Of a stretch of DNA of 32,000 nucleotides, positions 19,300 to 27,756 are shown piece after piece. The notes beneath the pieces are model-generated. The model did not search any database and was not told where the DNA came from. It worked only from the letters and a program-made list of their open reading frames with translations. The position numbers and the translations under genes were made by a program. The stretch comes from Wolbachia endosymbiont of Dirofilaria (Dirofilaria) immitis (GTDB taxonomy: Bacteria; Pseudomonadota; Alphaproteobacteria; Rickettsiales; Anaplasmataceae): contig NZ_CP046578.1 in NCBI RefSeq assembly GCF_013365455.1, forward strand, positions 840,001 through 872,000, given 5' to 3'. Within the stretch, counting starts at the first letter, position 1. Each line of letters begins with the position of its first letter.

Positions 19300-22215
19300 C
19301 TAATAAACTTCAGTAGGACACCCAGTTGGACCCATAAGAACTATCTGCTCACCTTCTTTAAGGAATTTACATAAATTAGTAGAACCACCGGTTTCAAGCA
19401 CAATCGTAGAAATAATTCCTTTTTTTCTATCTACTTCGGCGCCAGTTACAGCTATACTTTCCATAGCAAGGTCAGCCTTTTTACTATTGGTCTCAAAGTT
19501 TTGTAACTTAAAGAATTGTCCAGGCTGAAAATTTTTTGCAGCAAGAGGTGCTTTAATCATTATCTCTACCACCCTATCAGTTAAATACTGAATTTTTATG
19601 ACCCTTGCAGTAAATTGCTCTCTAATCTTATTAAAAAACTCTTCACGATATCGGTCTCCAAATCTTTCTTGAATCCCAGTACCAGCTACTTGAATAATAC
19701 TACGCTCGGTAGGAGTTCCCCCTATATTACAACATCCATGCAATTGTGTACTTAACGCTGAAACCTGCATTGGAGCAACATCAACTCCACTCAAAAGCTG
19801 AGAAATGATAGGATAGCCGTTTTTAACACTTGCCATGGCTTTTACAACACTGCCTCTATACGAAGGGTGAAGATCACCAAAGAAACTAATCGTTCTACCA
19901 CCTTGTTTATACACTAATATTCTATCCTTATCTTGCATCTTAGGAGAAAATATCTGACTTACTTCTTTCCCTAATGAGTTTAGGTGAGTAAAATACCCAT
20001 TACTTAATTTAAATTTTTTTTCATCCTCTGTTGCAACAATTATATTTGGTTCAGTACCTACTGCTATAAAGACAGAGCGCGCTTTTATATGTTTTACTTC
20101 TCCAGATTTCGTATTTTTTAGTTTTATCGACTCAGCATGGTTATATTTATCCGTTACAATTTCAACTGGCTCCAGATTCTCAATAAAGTAAACTCCTTCC
20201 AATAATGCATTTCGTACCTCCTCACTATTCAGTCGATAACTTGGTGAATCTTCCAGATGTTTTCTATATATAACTTTCACTCCCCCAAAGCTCTGTATTA
20301 ACTCCAATATTTTTGCTTCCCTATTCTCTTTTTTTGCTAACTCTTGTTCTTCTCGAATCAGTTGTGCATGTGATATGAACTCATCTGCAATTTCATATTC
20401 CTCTTCCGTCCAATCTTTTTCAATGTAGTTTTTTCCATATCTAGCAACTAACGTTTCATAGCGAAGAAGAAATTTTTCTATTTGAACCGGATAATATGAT
20501 AAAGCTTCAGTGGCAGTATCAATTGCAGTGAGTCCTGCACCTATAACAACTATTGGCATACGAACTTGTAGATTTGCTACGGAACCAAATTTAAGAGCAC
20601 CAGTAAGCTGTAATGACATCAGAAAATCTGATGCCATACGCACTCCGCGAGCTAACACATTTTTTACTTTGATCATTTTTGGCTTGCCAGAGCCAAGAGC
20701 TAGGGCAATGTGATTAAACCCTAAATTGAATGCATCACTAACAGTTACTGTACCACCAAAGCGAATACCTCCATAAAGAGCAAAATTCTTACGTCTTTCC
20801 AGCAATAATCTGATAACCTTCAAGTAATTCTTATCCCATCTGGAAGTAATGCCATATTCTGCTACTCCACCGAACCCACTGGCAGAACGCTCACTTAACT
20901 TTTCATGTTTAAAATCTTTAATTGGCTGAAAACTGTCCATCAAAGGTTCGATCTTCAATCCATCGATAGCAATAACGTTATGCCCATCATTTAATAAATG
21001 ATAAGCTAAACTAAATCCTGCAGGGCCAAGACCTACAACTAGAATATTTTTGCCAGTGTCTTCTTTCGGTAGTGGCCGCTGAAAATTTAAGGGATTCCAA
21101 CGACTAAGTAGAGAATATATTTCAAAGCCGAATGTTAAACTAAGCACATCATCCAAAATTTTTGTTTCAATCATTGGCACGTTCACAGGCTCTTGTTTTT
21201 GATATATACAAGAATTTGTACAGTCATTGCATATTCTGTATCCAGTAGCTGCACATAGTGGATTGTCTATCATTATAATTGCAAGACTAGCTATACTGTA
21301 CCCTCCACTTTTTACCAGATTCATCTCCGATATTTTCTGCTCTAGTGGACAGCCATGAAGTTCAACTTTAAGTGGAGAAATTTTGAAGGTCATATCATCA
21401 TCCATTAACCCTTTCGAACAGCTATCCTTATCCTGTTTATGACAAAGTATGCAATAGTGAGCGTTATCTAATCCTTCATCCAAACTTACTTTTTCACTTG
21501 TTAAATCAAAACCATATCGTCTTTTTATTTCTTTTGAATATATCACCTCAACTTCTTCTACTTTTTTCCTAGAGAATGACACGAGATTTCTGTAGTCAAC
21601 TCTTCTATGAACACTAAAGAGTATACTCTGTTTACTCTTTACTCTCCATGCTGCATACTGAGCTGCAAGCTCTATTTCTTCTTCATGACTTCCTCTATCC
21701 TCTAACCAGTGCATCACCTGCTCAGCAAAGTTTTTTTCTGTTACTGGTAAAGTAAAAAAATGATTTAGTCTACTAGTAACACAATCGATGTCAATATTTG
21801 CTATATCAGCATACTTCTTCAATGCATAGCGCTGAACAAATAATCTTTTACATTTATATATTACAGCAAAGTCATCATGTTTTCTTTTTAGCTCTTCTAC
21901 TTCTCTCTCAATACTAAAAAGCTTTGTGATAAACTCATCAAGCAAATATGAAAGGTCTATAATCAATTGACTACCCGTCACTTGAATAGTTGATACTGGT
22001 TGTTCCCTAGATCTTAGGGTCAAGCATTGAGATAACGCCAAAGAAGCAGATATTTTTTTTCTCGCTTCAATCAACGAACAAAATAAATTTTCATTGCATA
22101 ATTTAATGTAATCCAAAAATACTTCATCTAATTTTATTAATCCATCGCGAGTATATAGATCTGAAAACGAGATGTTAAAATTTAGCTGCATTATCATATC
22201 ATACAATGCATACAC
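19300..22215 (-). CDS. Large multidomain Fe-S flavoprotein: unknown N-terminal region + Cys clusters + GltD/glutamate-synthase-beta-like pyridine-nucleotide oxidoreductase + truncated FNR/PyrK-like FAD barrel
   Basis: Cys-rich segments are CILCHKQDKDSCSKG, HGCPLEQKI and CNDCTNSCIY. The dinucleotide fold is NILVVGLGPAGFSLAYHLLNDGHNVIAIDG, with a second Rossmann fold IVVIGAGLTAIDTA. The C-terminal barrel is VVEIMIKAPLAAKNFQPGQFFKLQ...GEQIVLMGPTG. The ORF-track start is GTG 22215; ATGs at 22197 and 22191 are alternatives. Confidence 0.85.
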   Translation of the reverse strand: MYALYDMIMQLNFNISFSDLYTRDGLIKLDEVFLDYIKLCNENLFCSLIEARKKISASLALSQCLTLRSREQPVSTIQVTGSQLIIDLSYLLDEFITKLFSIEREVEELKRKHDDFAVIYKCKRLFVQRYALKKYADIANIDIDCVTSRLNHFFTLPVTEKNFAEQVMHWLEDRGSHEEEIELAAQYAAWRVKSKQSILFSVHRRVDYRNLVSFSRKKVEEVEVIYSKEIKRRYGFDLTSEKVSLDEGLDNAHYCILCHKQDKDSCSKGLMDDDMTFKISPLKVELHGCPLEQKISEMNLVKSGGYSIASLAIIMIDNPLCAATGYRICNDCTNSCIYQKQEPVNVPMIETKILDDVLSLTFGFEIYSLLSRWNPLNFQRPLPKEDTGKNILVVGLGPAGFSLAYHLLNDGHNVIAIDGLKIEPLMDSFQPIKDFKHEKLSERSASGFGGVAEYGITSRWDKNYLKVIRLLLERRKNFALYGGIRFGGTVTVSDAFNLGFNHIALALGSGKPKMIKVKNVLARGVRMASDFLMSLQLTGALKFGSVANLQVRMPIVVIGAGLTAIDTATEALSYYPVQIEKFLLRYETLVARYGKNYIEKDWTEEEYEIADEFISHAQLIREEQELAKKENREAKILELIQSFGGVKVIYRKHLEDSPSYRLNSEEVRNALLEGVYFIENLEPVEIVTDKYNHAESIKLKNTKSGEVKHIKARSVFIAVGTEPNIIVATEDEKKFKLSNGYFTHLNSLGKEVSQIFSPKMQDKDRILVYKQGGRTISFFGDLHPSYRGSVVKAMASVKNGYPIISQLLSGVDVAPMQVSALSTQLHGCCNIGGTPTERSIIQVAGTGIQERFGDRYREEFFNKIREQFTARVIKIQYLTDRVVEIMIKAPLAAKNFQPGQFFKLQNFETNSKKADLAMESIAVTGAEVDRKKGIISTIVLETGGSTNLCKFLKEGEQIVLMGPTGCPTEVY

Positions 22216-22236
22216 TACTTCTTAAAGACGGAAATT

Positions 22237-22677
22237 CTATATATTTTTCAACATAGCTAAAATTATTGCTTCAGTAACCTTTTCTTCACCAACATATGCA
22301 ATACACTCAAATTTACATGCACTTAAACGTACATTTTTAATATTAGCTTGAAGAATCAATGTATCTCCTGGAGTAACTGGCTTTCTGAATTTTGCACTTT
22401 CAATAGACATAAAGTAAACAACCTTATTTCCTGTGATGCTTTGACTTTCTTTAGCTAGAACACATACTGCAGATGCCTGAGCTAGAGACTCAACTATTAA
22501 GACTCCTGGCATCATTGGGCGACTGGGAAAGTGACCAACAAAAAATGGTTCATTGAAAGTTACGTTCTTGATCGCTTTGATATTTTTACCAGGATTACAC
22601 TCTACCACCCTATCTACTAAGAGAAATGGATGAGAATGTGGCAGTATTTTTATAATATCACTGATATTAAGCTGCAT
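22237..22677 (-). CDS. fabZ: 3-hydroxyacyl-ACP dehydratase FabZ
   Basis: ILPHSHPFLLVDRV...FFVGHFPSRPMMPGVLIVESLAQ hot-dog motif. ATG 22677 is preceded by AGGGGG (22682-22687). The ORF track starts further upstream at TTG 22695. Confidence 0.95.
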   Translation of the reverse strand: MQLNISDIIKILPHSHPFLLVDRVVECNPGKNIKAIKNVTFNEPFFVGHFPSRPMMPGVLIVESLAQASAVCVLAKESQSITGNKVVYFMSIESAKFRKPVTPGDTLILQANIKNVRLSACKFECIAYVGEEKVTEAIILAMLKNI

Positions 22678-22697
22678 GTCACCCCCTAAAAGCAAAT

Positions 22698-23258
22698 CTA
22701 GTTAATATCTTTTAAAGTACACTCACATACTTCCTTGTTTATACTTCTTAACAAGATATCTGATAAATCAACTTTATCTATAGAGTATAAAATTTGATTT
22801 TTCTTTGGAAGAAAAAGTACTAAATCTATGCTATTTTCTTCTGCAGTTTTTCTAGCAACTTCTTTCACCTTATTAAAAATATCCTCTATTGCATCTCTGT
22901 AGCTTTCTTCTAAATGTGACATTTTTTTAGCATAATCATCTTTAACACTTACAGCATGCTTATTAAATTGATCCGCTTTTTCTTTCTTTGCTTCCTCCGA
23001 TAAAAGTTCAAATTCTTCTTTTGAGGATTTAAACTTTTCTAGCTCATTTTCAAACTCTTGCTGAAGTTTAGAGCTTTGCTCTTTTATTTTCTGTTGTATA
23101 TTTCGCAGAGCAAGAGACTCATTGATAACTTTATCGCTATCAACAATCACAACTTTTGTGTTAAATGCATCTTGAGGTCGCTGTTTTACAGCTTTATAAC
23201 TCGAAAACACCGAAATAACTAAGGCAATAACTGATATAAGCAACTGTGTATATTTCAT
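22698..23258 (-). CDS. skp: Periplasmic chaperone Skp/OmpH
   Basis: 186 aa with an N-terminal signal/anchor, then a long Lys/Glu coiled-coil typical of OmpH. It abuts the bamA stop (TGA then ATG with no gap). Confidence 0.85.
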   Translation of the reverse strand: MKYTQLLISVIALVISVFSSYKAVKQRPQDAFNTKVVIVDSDKVINESLALRNIQQKIKEQSSKLQQEFENELEKFKSSKEEFELLSEEAKKEKADQFNKHAVSVKDDYAKKMSHLEESYRDAIEDIFNKVKEVARKTAEENSIDLVLFLPKKNQILYSIDKVDLSDILLRSINKEVCECTLKDIN

Positions 23259-25601
23259 TCAAACCCCCGTTTCAATAGAAAACTTGATATTTGATGACGG
23301 TGTTATATCATAGGGCTCTTTAACTAAAGGAAAGCCAAAATCTAATCTAAACCTACCACCAAAAGGAGAAGGTGCTGAAAAGCCAAAGCCAGGTGATACT
23401 CTCACAAGCTTACTATCATAATAGTCCTTCTCATATCCATATTTCTTACTTTTATCATCTAGACCAAAAAGCGTTGCATAGTCAACAAACAATGACCCTT
23501 TAACAATAAAATAATCATATAACTTTAGTAGCGGAAAATCCACTTGCTGTGTTAAGTTGAAATAAGTTTTACCTCCTAAGCTTTCATTTTTATCTTTTGT
23601 CCTCGGTCCAATACCAGAAAGGTCAAACCCTCTAATTTCATTACTACCCTTAAAAAAGTGCTGGCTAATATTCAGATTTTTACTAGTATAAGAAAAAATG
23701 TGTCCTGCAGCCATCTTAAAGCGTAGTATTGTATCATTATTAATATTACTTAATATAGGATGTACATAAAAAGACAAAAATTCAGACTTGAGGAAATTTA
23801 CGTTGCCCCCCAGCCCTGAAATATCCTGGCTCAAGCTTAATAAATATCCTTCCCTCGGAGCATAGAGGTTATCCAGCTTACTATATGCTAATGTGTACCC
23901 CAGTGATGAAATATGATGCTCACCTTCTCGATCCCACATCATTTTAGAAATATCACTATTTTTTCCGCCCTTATTATCCGTATGTGTATAGCTATACTTA
24001 TAATAATAACGGAGGAAATTAGTTAAGTTTTCTGTAACTTTATGTGATACTTTTGTAAAAAAGCCCATATTGCAACTATTGAAAGTAGTGTTTAGTCTAT
24101 CTTGCTTTTCATAAAATATACCTACACCTAGTGTAGTATCGGAGTCATTAAAGTTATTCTCAATTACTTCTAAATCAGTTGAAAATACATATTGGCTTTT
24201 CTCAAGGGCAAAAGAAAGCTCTTTCCCGCTACCAAACAAATTACGGTCCTTAAAATCAGCCTTTAAAAATGCTCCGCCAGGAAAAGATACTCCCCCTCCT
24301 AAGTATAACAAAGTAGTGTTTTTTTCTCTGACATTTAAGTCAAGATTCACTGCATTATCATTAATTACGTAGCTATCTATTTTTACTTCCTCAAAAAAAT
24401 CACTACTAATTAATTTTCTATATGACTTCTGAATTTCCAATGTGTTATATGCATCACCTTCTACTATACTAAGCTTACTTCTAATTACTTGATCTAAAGT
24501 ATGGTCATTACCATCAATTGTAATTTGATTTACATAAATCCTCTTGCCTGGCAGTATTTTATAAGTCACATCTACAATATTATCACGCTGTGTATATTCT
24601 GGATTAACCTTTGCAAATATATATCCTCTCTCATTCAAACACTTGTTTATTTTTTCTACTACACTATTAACCTTAACCCTATCAAACACTTTATTATCTT
24701 CTCTAGTTATCAGACCCAATATCTCCTCTTTTAGGTTTAAGTCCTGGATTTTAGCTTTAATACTAACTTCATTATTTCCAAATAAGTATTGTTCCCCTTC
24801 ATCAATCAAAAAAGTTAGAATAACTTGATTATTGTTACCAATTTCAACAATTGGCTGGATGTTATTTTTAATATAGCCATTGGAAGAATAAAAACGATCA
24901 AGCAATTCTTCATTAGTCAACAAATACTGCGGTGAATAATGATTTTTACCTTTAAAAAAGGCCCTAAATAATTTATTAAACACATCATCATTTTGCATTT
25001 TAACAACTCGCTCTAGCTCACTTTCAGAGAAATTTTTATTGCCTATAAACCTTATATCTCTAATCCTAGATGTCTTACCCTCTTTTATTTTAAAAACTAA
25101 ACTAACCCTATTACCTTCAAGCTTGCTCAGGTCATATCCAATTCTAGCACCAATTTTACCACTATTTCTATAAGTTGCGGCTAAATTCAATAGATCACTT
25201 TGCAGCTTTGTTTCAGCAAAAATGGTGAGAGGTTTTGATTGAATCACGTTATTTAGCAGTTCTTTGCTCTTAAATATCCTATTACCTTTTAATGTTATTT
25301 TTTTGATTAGTGGATTTTCCTGAACTTTTATTATTAAGTTTTTTTCATCATCAATATAAGCATTAACACTAGCAAACAGCTTTGTTTTATACAAAACCTT
25401 TATAACTGAATCTAAGTTGTCATCGTCTACATAACTACCAGGCTCTAGCTTTATATAAAAGCCTATTACTTGGCTACTGATCCGCTCATTACCAACAAAT
25501 TTAATATTATTTATTTTAATTTTATTCTCGTTTTCTAAAGCAAAAAGCAGGATAGGAATAGAAATAAAAATTACCATTAGTATGTAAATTAGCCCTTTCA
25601 T
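23259..25601 (-). CDS. bamA: Outer membrane protein assembly factor BamA (Omp85)
   Basis: 780 aa with a signal peptide, repeated POTRA-like units (IKFVGNERIS..., ITLKGNRIFK, IRFIGNKNFS, ITIDGNDHT) and a C-terminal beta-barrel rich in alternating aromatic residues. It sits in the conserved rseP-bamA-skp context. Confidence 0.95.
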   Translation of the reverse strand: MKGLIYILMVIFISIPILLFALENENKIKINNIKFVGNERISSQVIGFYIKLEPGSYVDDDNLDSVIKVLYKTKLFASVNAYIDDEKNLIIKVQENPLIKKITLKGNRIFKSKELLNNVIQSKPLTIFAETKLQSDLLNLAATYRNSGKIGARIGYDLSKLEGNRVSLVFKIKEGKTSRIRDIRFIGNKNFSESELERVVKMQNDDVFNKLFRAFFKGKNHYSPQYLLTNEELLDRFYSSNGYIKNNIQPIVEIGNNNQVILTFLIDEGEQYLFGNNEVSIKAKIQDLNLKEEILGLITREDNKVFDRVKVNSVVEKINKCLNERGYIFAKVNPEYTQRDNIVDVTYKILPGKRIYVNQITIDGNDHTLDQVIRSKLSIVEGDAYNTLEIQKSYRKLISSDFFEEVKIDSYVINDNAVNLDLNVREKNTTLLYLGGGVSFPGGAFLKADFKDRNLFGSGKELSFALEKSQYVFSTDLEVIENNFNDSDTTLGVGIFYEKQDRLNTTFNSCNMGFFTKVSHKVTENLTNFLRYYYKYSYTHTDNKGGKNSDISKMMWDREGEHHISSLGYTLAYSKLDNLYAPREGYLLSLSQDISGLGGNVNFLKSEFLSFYVHPILSNINNDTILRFKMAAGHIFSYTSKNLNISQHFFKGSNEIRGFDLSGIGPRTKDKNESLGGKTYFNLTQQVDFPLLKLYDYFIVKGSLFVDYATLFGLDDKSKKYGYEKDYYDSKLVRVSPGFGFSAPSPFGGRFRLDFGFPLVKEPYDITPSSNIKFSIETGV

Positions 25602-25608
25602 GCTTATC

Positions 25609-26733
25609 TTAAAAAAGATGTCTTATATCGTTTGAGATTGCAATTGCCATTAGTAAAAATAATATGGTAGCGCCAAAAGTAGCTGCACATTTGTGATACC
25701 TAGGGCTTAAATCTTTACGTATAATTACTTCTATAATATAGTTAAACAAATGTCCACCATCCAGTAATGGAATTGGTAGCAAATTAACTGCAGCCAAAGT
25801 AGCTGAAAGGACAGCTATAAAATATAAAACCATAATCAACCCTTTTTTAGTTGATTGTACCGAGTACTTTGCAATTTTTATCGGTCCACCTATTTCATTT
25901 ATACTTCTCTTACCAATGATAATTTGAAAAAGAGTTTTGATTGTTAAATACATAACGTGGTAAGTTTCACTTACCGATAGACTCACAGCTCCAAGAAAAG
26001 ATGATCGCTTTAACCCTGCTATATTCATTGAAGTAATCCCTATAGTTTTTCTTTTTACTTCATCACCAAAAACATCTTTATCCTCAGTTATTAATGGAGT
26101 AAGGACAGTTCTATGCCCCTCGTTGTTCCGACTATATCTGATCTCTACTCTGGCTTCAGGACTTAACATCATCACACGTGAGATATCCTCAAAATGTTTT
26201 ATTTCATATCCATTAATCTGTGTAATAATATCACCTGGCAACAAACCAGCCTGATCTGCTACACTACCCTCAATTACACTTCCAATCACTGGTGGAGTGC
26301 GATAATATCCCGTTACACTAAAAAATACCGTAAAAGCTATAATAGCTAGTACCATATTCGCAAGTGGCCCTGCAGAAACTATTGCTATTTTCTTATATCT
26401 TGATTTTGTATGAAGCGAATACAACTTTTCTTCCTCAGTTAGCTTTTGTTGATTAACTTGAACACTTATTGTACTACTGTCCCCTAGCATTTTAACATAA
26501 CCACCCAATGGGATGGCACTTAGTCTCCACCTAGTCCCAAGATTATCATAGAAACCAAAGATTTCAGGACCAAACCCTATAGAAAAAGACTCAACCCTAA
26601 CTTTGCACCCTTTAGCAATAATATAGTGCCCATACTCATGTACAAATATTACAACAGAGATAATTAAAGAAAATGACAAAAAATAATATATCCAATCACT
26701 AAATTGATGGATAAGACTAGAAATTAACTCCAC
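25609..26733 (-). CDS. rseP: RIP zinc metalloprotease RseP (site-2 protease)
   Basis: HEYGHY zinc motif in TM1, a PDZ region (GSVADQAGLLPGDIITQINGYEI), and C-terminal NLLPIPLLDGGH. The start codon is GTG. Confidence 0.93.
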   Translation of the reverse strand: MELISSLIHQFSDWIYYFLSFSLIISVVIFVHEYGHYIIAKGCKVRVESFSIGFGPEIFGFYDNLGTRWRLSAIPLGGYVKMLGDSSTISVQVNQQKLTEEEKLYSLHTKSRYKKIAIVSAGPLANMVLAIIAFTVFFSVTGYYRTPPVIGSVIEGSVADQAGLLPGDIITQINGYEIKHFEDISRVMMLSPEARVEIRYSRNNEGHRTVLTPLITEDKDVFGDEVKRKTIGITSMNIAGLKRSSFLGAVSLSVSETYHVMYLTIKTLFQIIIGKRSINEIGGPIKIAKYSVQSTKKGLIMVLYFIAVLSATLAAVNLLPIPLLDGGHLFNYIIEVIIRKDLSPRYHKCAATFGATILFLLMAIAISNDIRHLF

Positions 26734-26783
26734 TTATATCTCACATCTTGAATAAAATATTAAGTATATTAAAAAGTCCTTGC

Positions 26784-26812
26784 TTGACAAGCGTTTAGTT
26801 CAACCTTTAAAT
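26784..26812 (+). promoter_or_regulatory. Candidate sigma70-type promoter for sdhE
   Basis: TTGACA (26784-26789), a 17-nt spacer, then TTAAAT (26807-26812), ending 19 nt before ATG 26832. TTGACA sits inside the small palindrome GCTTG-A-CAAGC (26782-26792). AT-rich context lowers specificity. Confidence 0.3.
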
Positions 26813-26831
26813 TAAAGAAAGTTTAATAATA

Positions 26832-27104
26832 ATGACGCATATCTTCTCATTAAAAAGAAAATTGATGTATAGAAGCTGGCATAGAGGATGCAAAGAAACT
26901 GACATACTTTTAGGGCATTTTGCACTAACATACCTTGATAAATTTTCTCTAAATGAGCTAATTGAGTATGAGAAAATAGTTGATCTTGATGACTACGAAT
27001 TATATTGCTACATAACTCGCAAAGTAGATTTCCCTCCTAATATAAATAGTAAGATAATGAATTCAATTACTTGTTTTATTGAAGCTAACCCTTTATTCAT
27101 TTAA
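26832..27104 (+). CDS. sdhE: Succinate dehydrogenase flavinylation factor SdhE/SDHAF2 (DUF339)
   Basis: 90 aa. KRKLMYRSWHRGCKETDILLGHFA matches the RxxYRSxxRGxxExDxLLGxF core of the family, and the downstream ...FEKIV.LDDYELY region also fits. Confidence 0.78.
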   Translation: MTHIFSLKRKLMYRSWHRGCKETDILLGHFALTYLDKFSLNELIEYEKIVDLDDYELYCYITRKVDFPPNINSKIMNSITCFIEANPLFI

Positions 27105-27461
27105 TGATCTTGCTTATCTTATTTAATATTTTAATATTACCTATTCTTTTTTTTATTTTTATGCTTTTCACATTTTTAATTTACTTTATCTAACTTTTTG
27201 TTAACTCTAAGACTTCATCTCAAAAATCAAAGCTGTAGCAAGAAATTTAACACACCTAAGCCCTCAGCCAAATTTTTTTTTGAGATTATAGAATTAACTA
27301 ATTTATCAAAGCTACTAGAAAGATTAAGCAAACGACCCTTCTCTCCATTTTCATAAGACATTTTGTATATCGCGCATAACTATTTTTACTATTCGCATAT
27401 AATGCGAAAAATTCTCAGCATTAAATTTACCCAATTTTTATCCTATTAATAATAGAAATTC

Positions 27462-27734
27462 TTACCCATTTATCAAGTCAGACAATTTTTTACTACCACG
27501 AAAACAAGCTTTAAAGTACTGATCTTTTGTAAACTTCTGTAGTATTAAATGGTCTGTTTTTTTAATTTCTCCTAATTGAAAAAGAGCCAAATCCTCTAAT
27601 TTCAATTCTATTATGGCACTTCAATGCACTTGAAAGTACCTCAAAAAAACTATTAACCGTAGCTTCTATAACTACCTTATCAGGAGAGGACATCTCTTTG
27701 CCATTTTTGTTATTAGATCAGATTTCGTTGCCAT
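27462..27734 (-). pseudogene. ihfB: Integration host factor beta subunit relic (two frameshifts plus internal stop)
   Basis: The ATG at 27734, 22 nt after the rpsA stop, gives MATKSDLITKMAKRCPLL, then a frame change near 27675-27686. DKVVIEATVNSFFEVLSSALKCHNRIEIRGFGSFSIRRN follows, then TAA (27562-27564), then KNRPFNTTEVYKRSV, then a frame change near 27511-27520, then YFKA...KKLSDLING and a stop at 27462-27464. Total length is 273 nt (91 codons), the size of IHF-beta. Confidence 0.8.
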
Positions 27735-27756
27735 TTACACAAAGCTAAAACTCTAA

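Noticed and set aside
27227-27361. A 44-codon minus-strand ORF (MSYENGEKGRLLNLSSSFDKLVNSIISKKNLAEGLGVLNFLLQL) runs through an A9 tract.
   Set aside because: It is too short, has no Shine-Dalgarno sequence and has no recognisable family. It could be another relic fragment, but there is nothing to support a call.
27392-27408. The hairpin TTCGCAT-ATA-ATGCGAA downstream of the ihfB relic could be its terminator.
   Set aside because: The stem is only 7 bp, the loop is 3 nt, and there is no U-tract on either strand.
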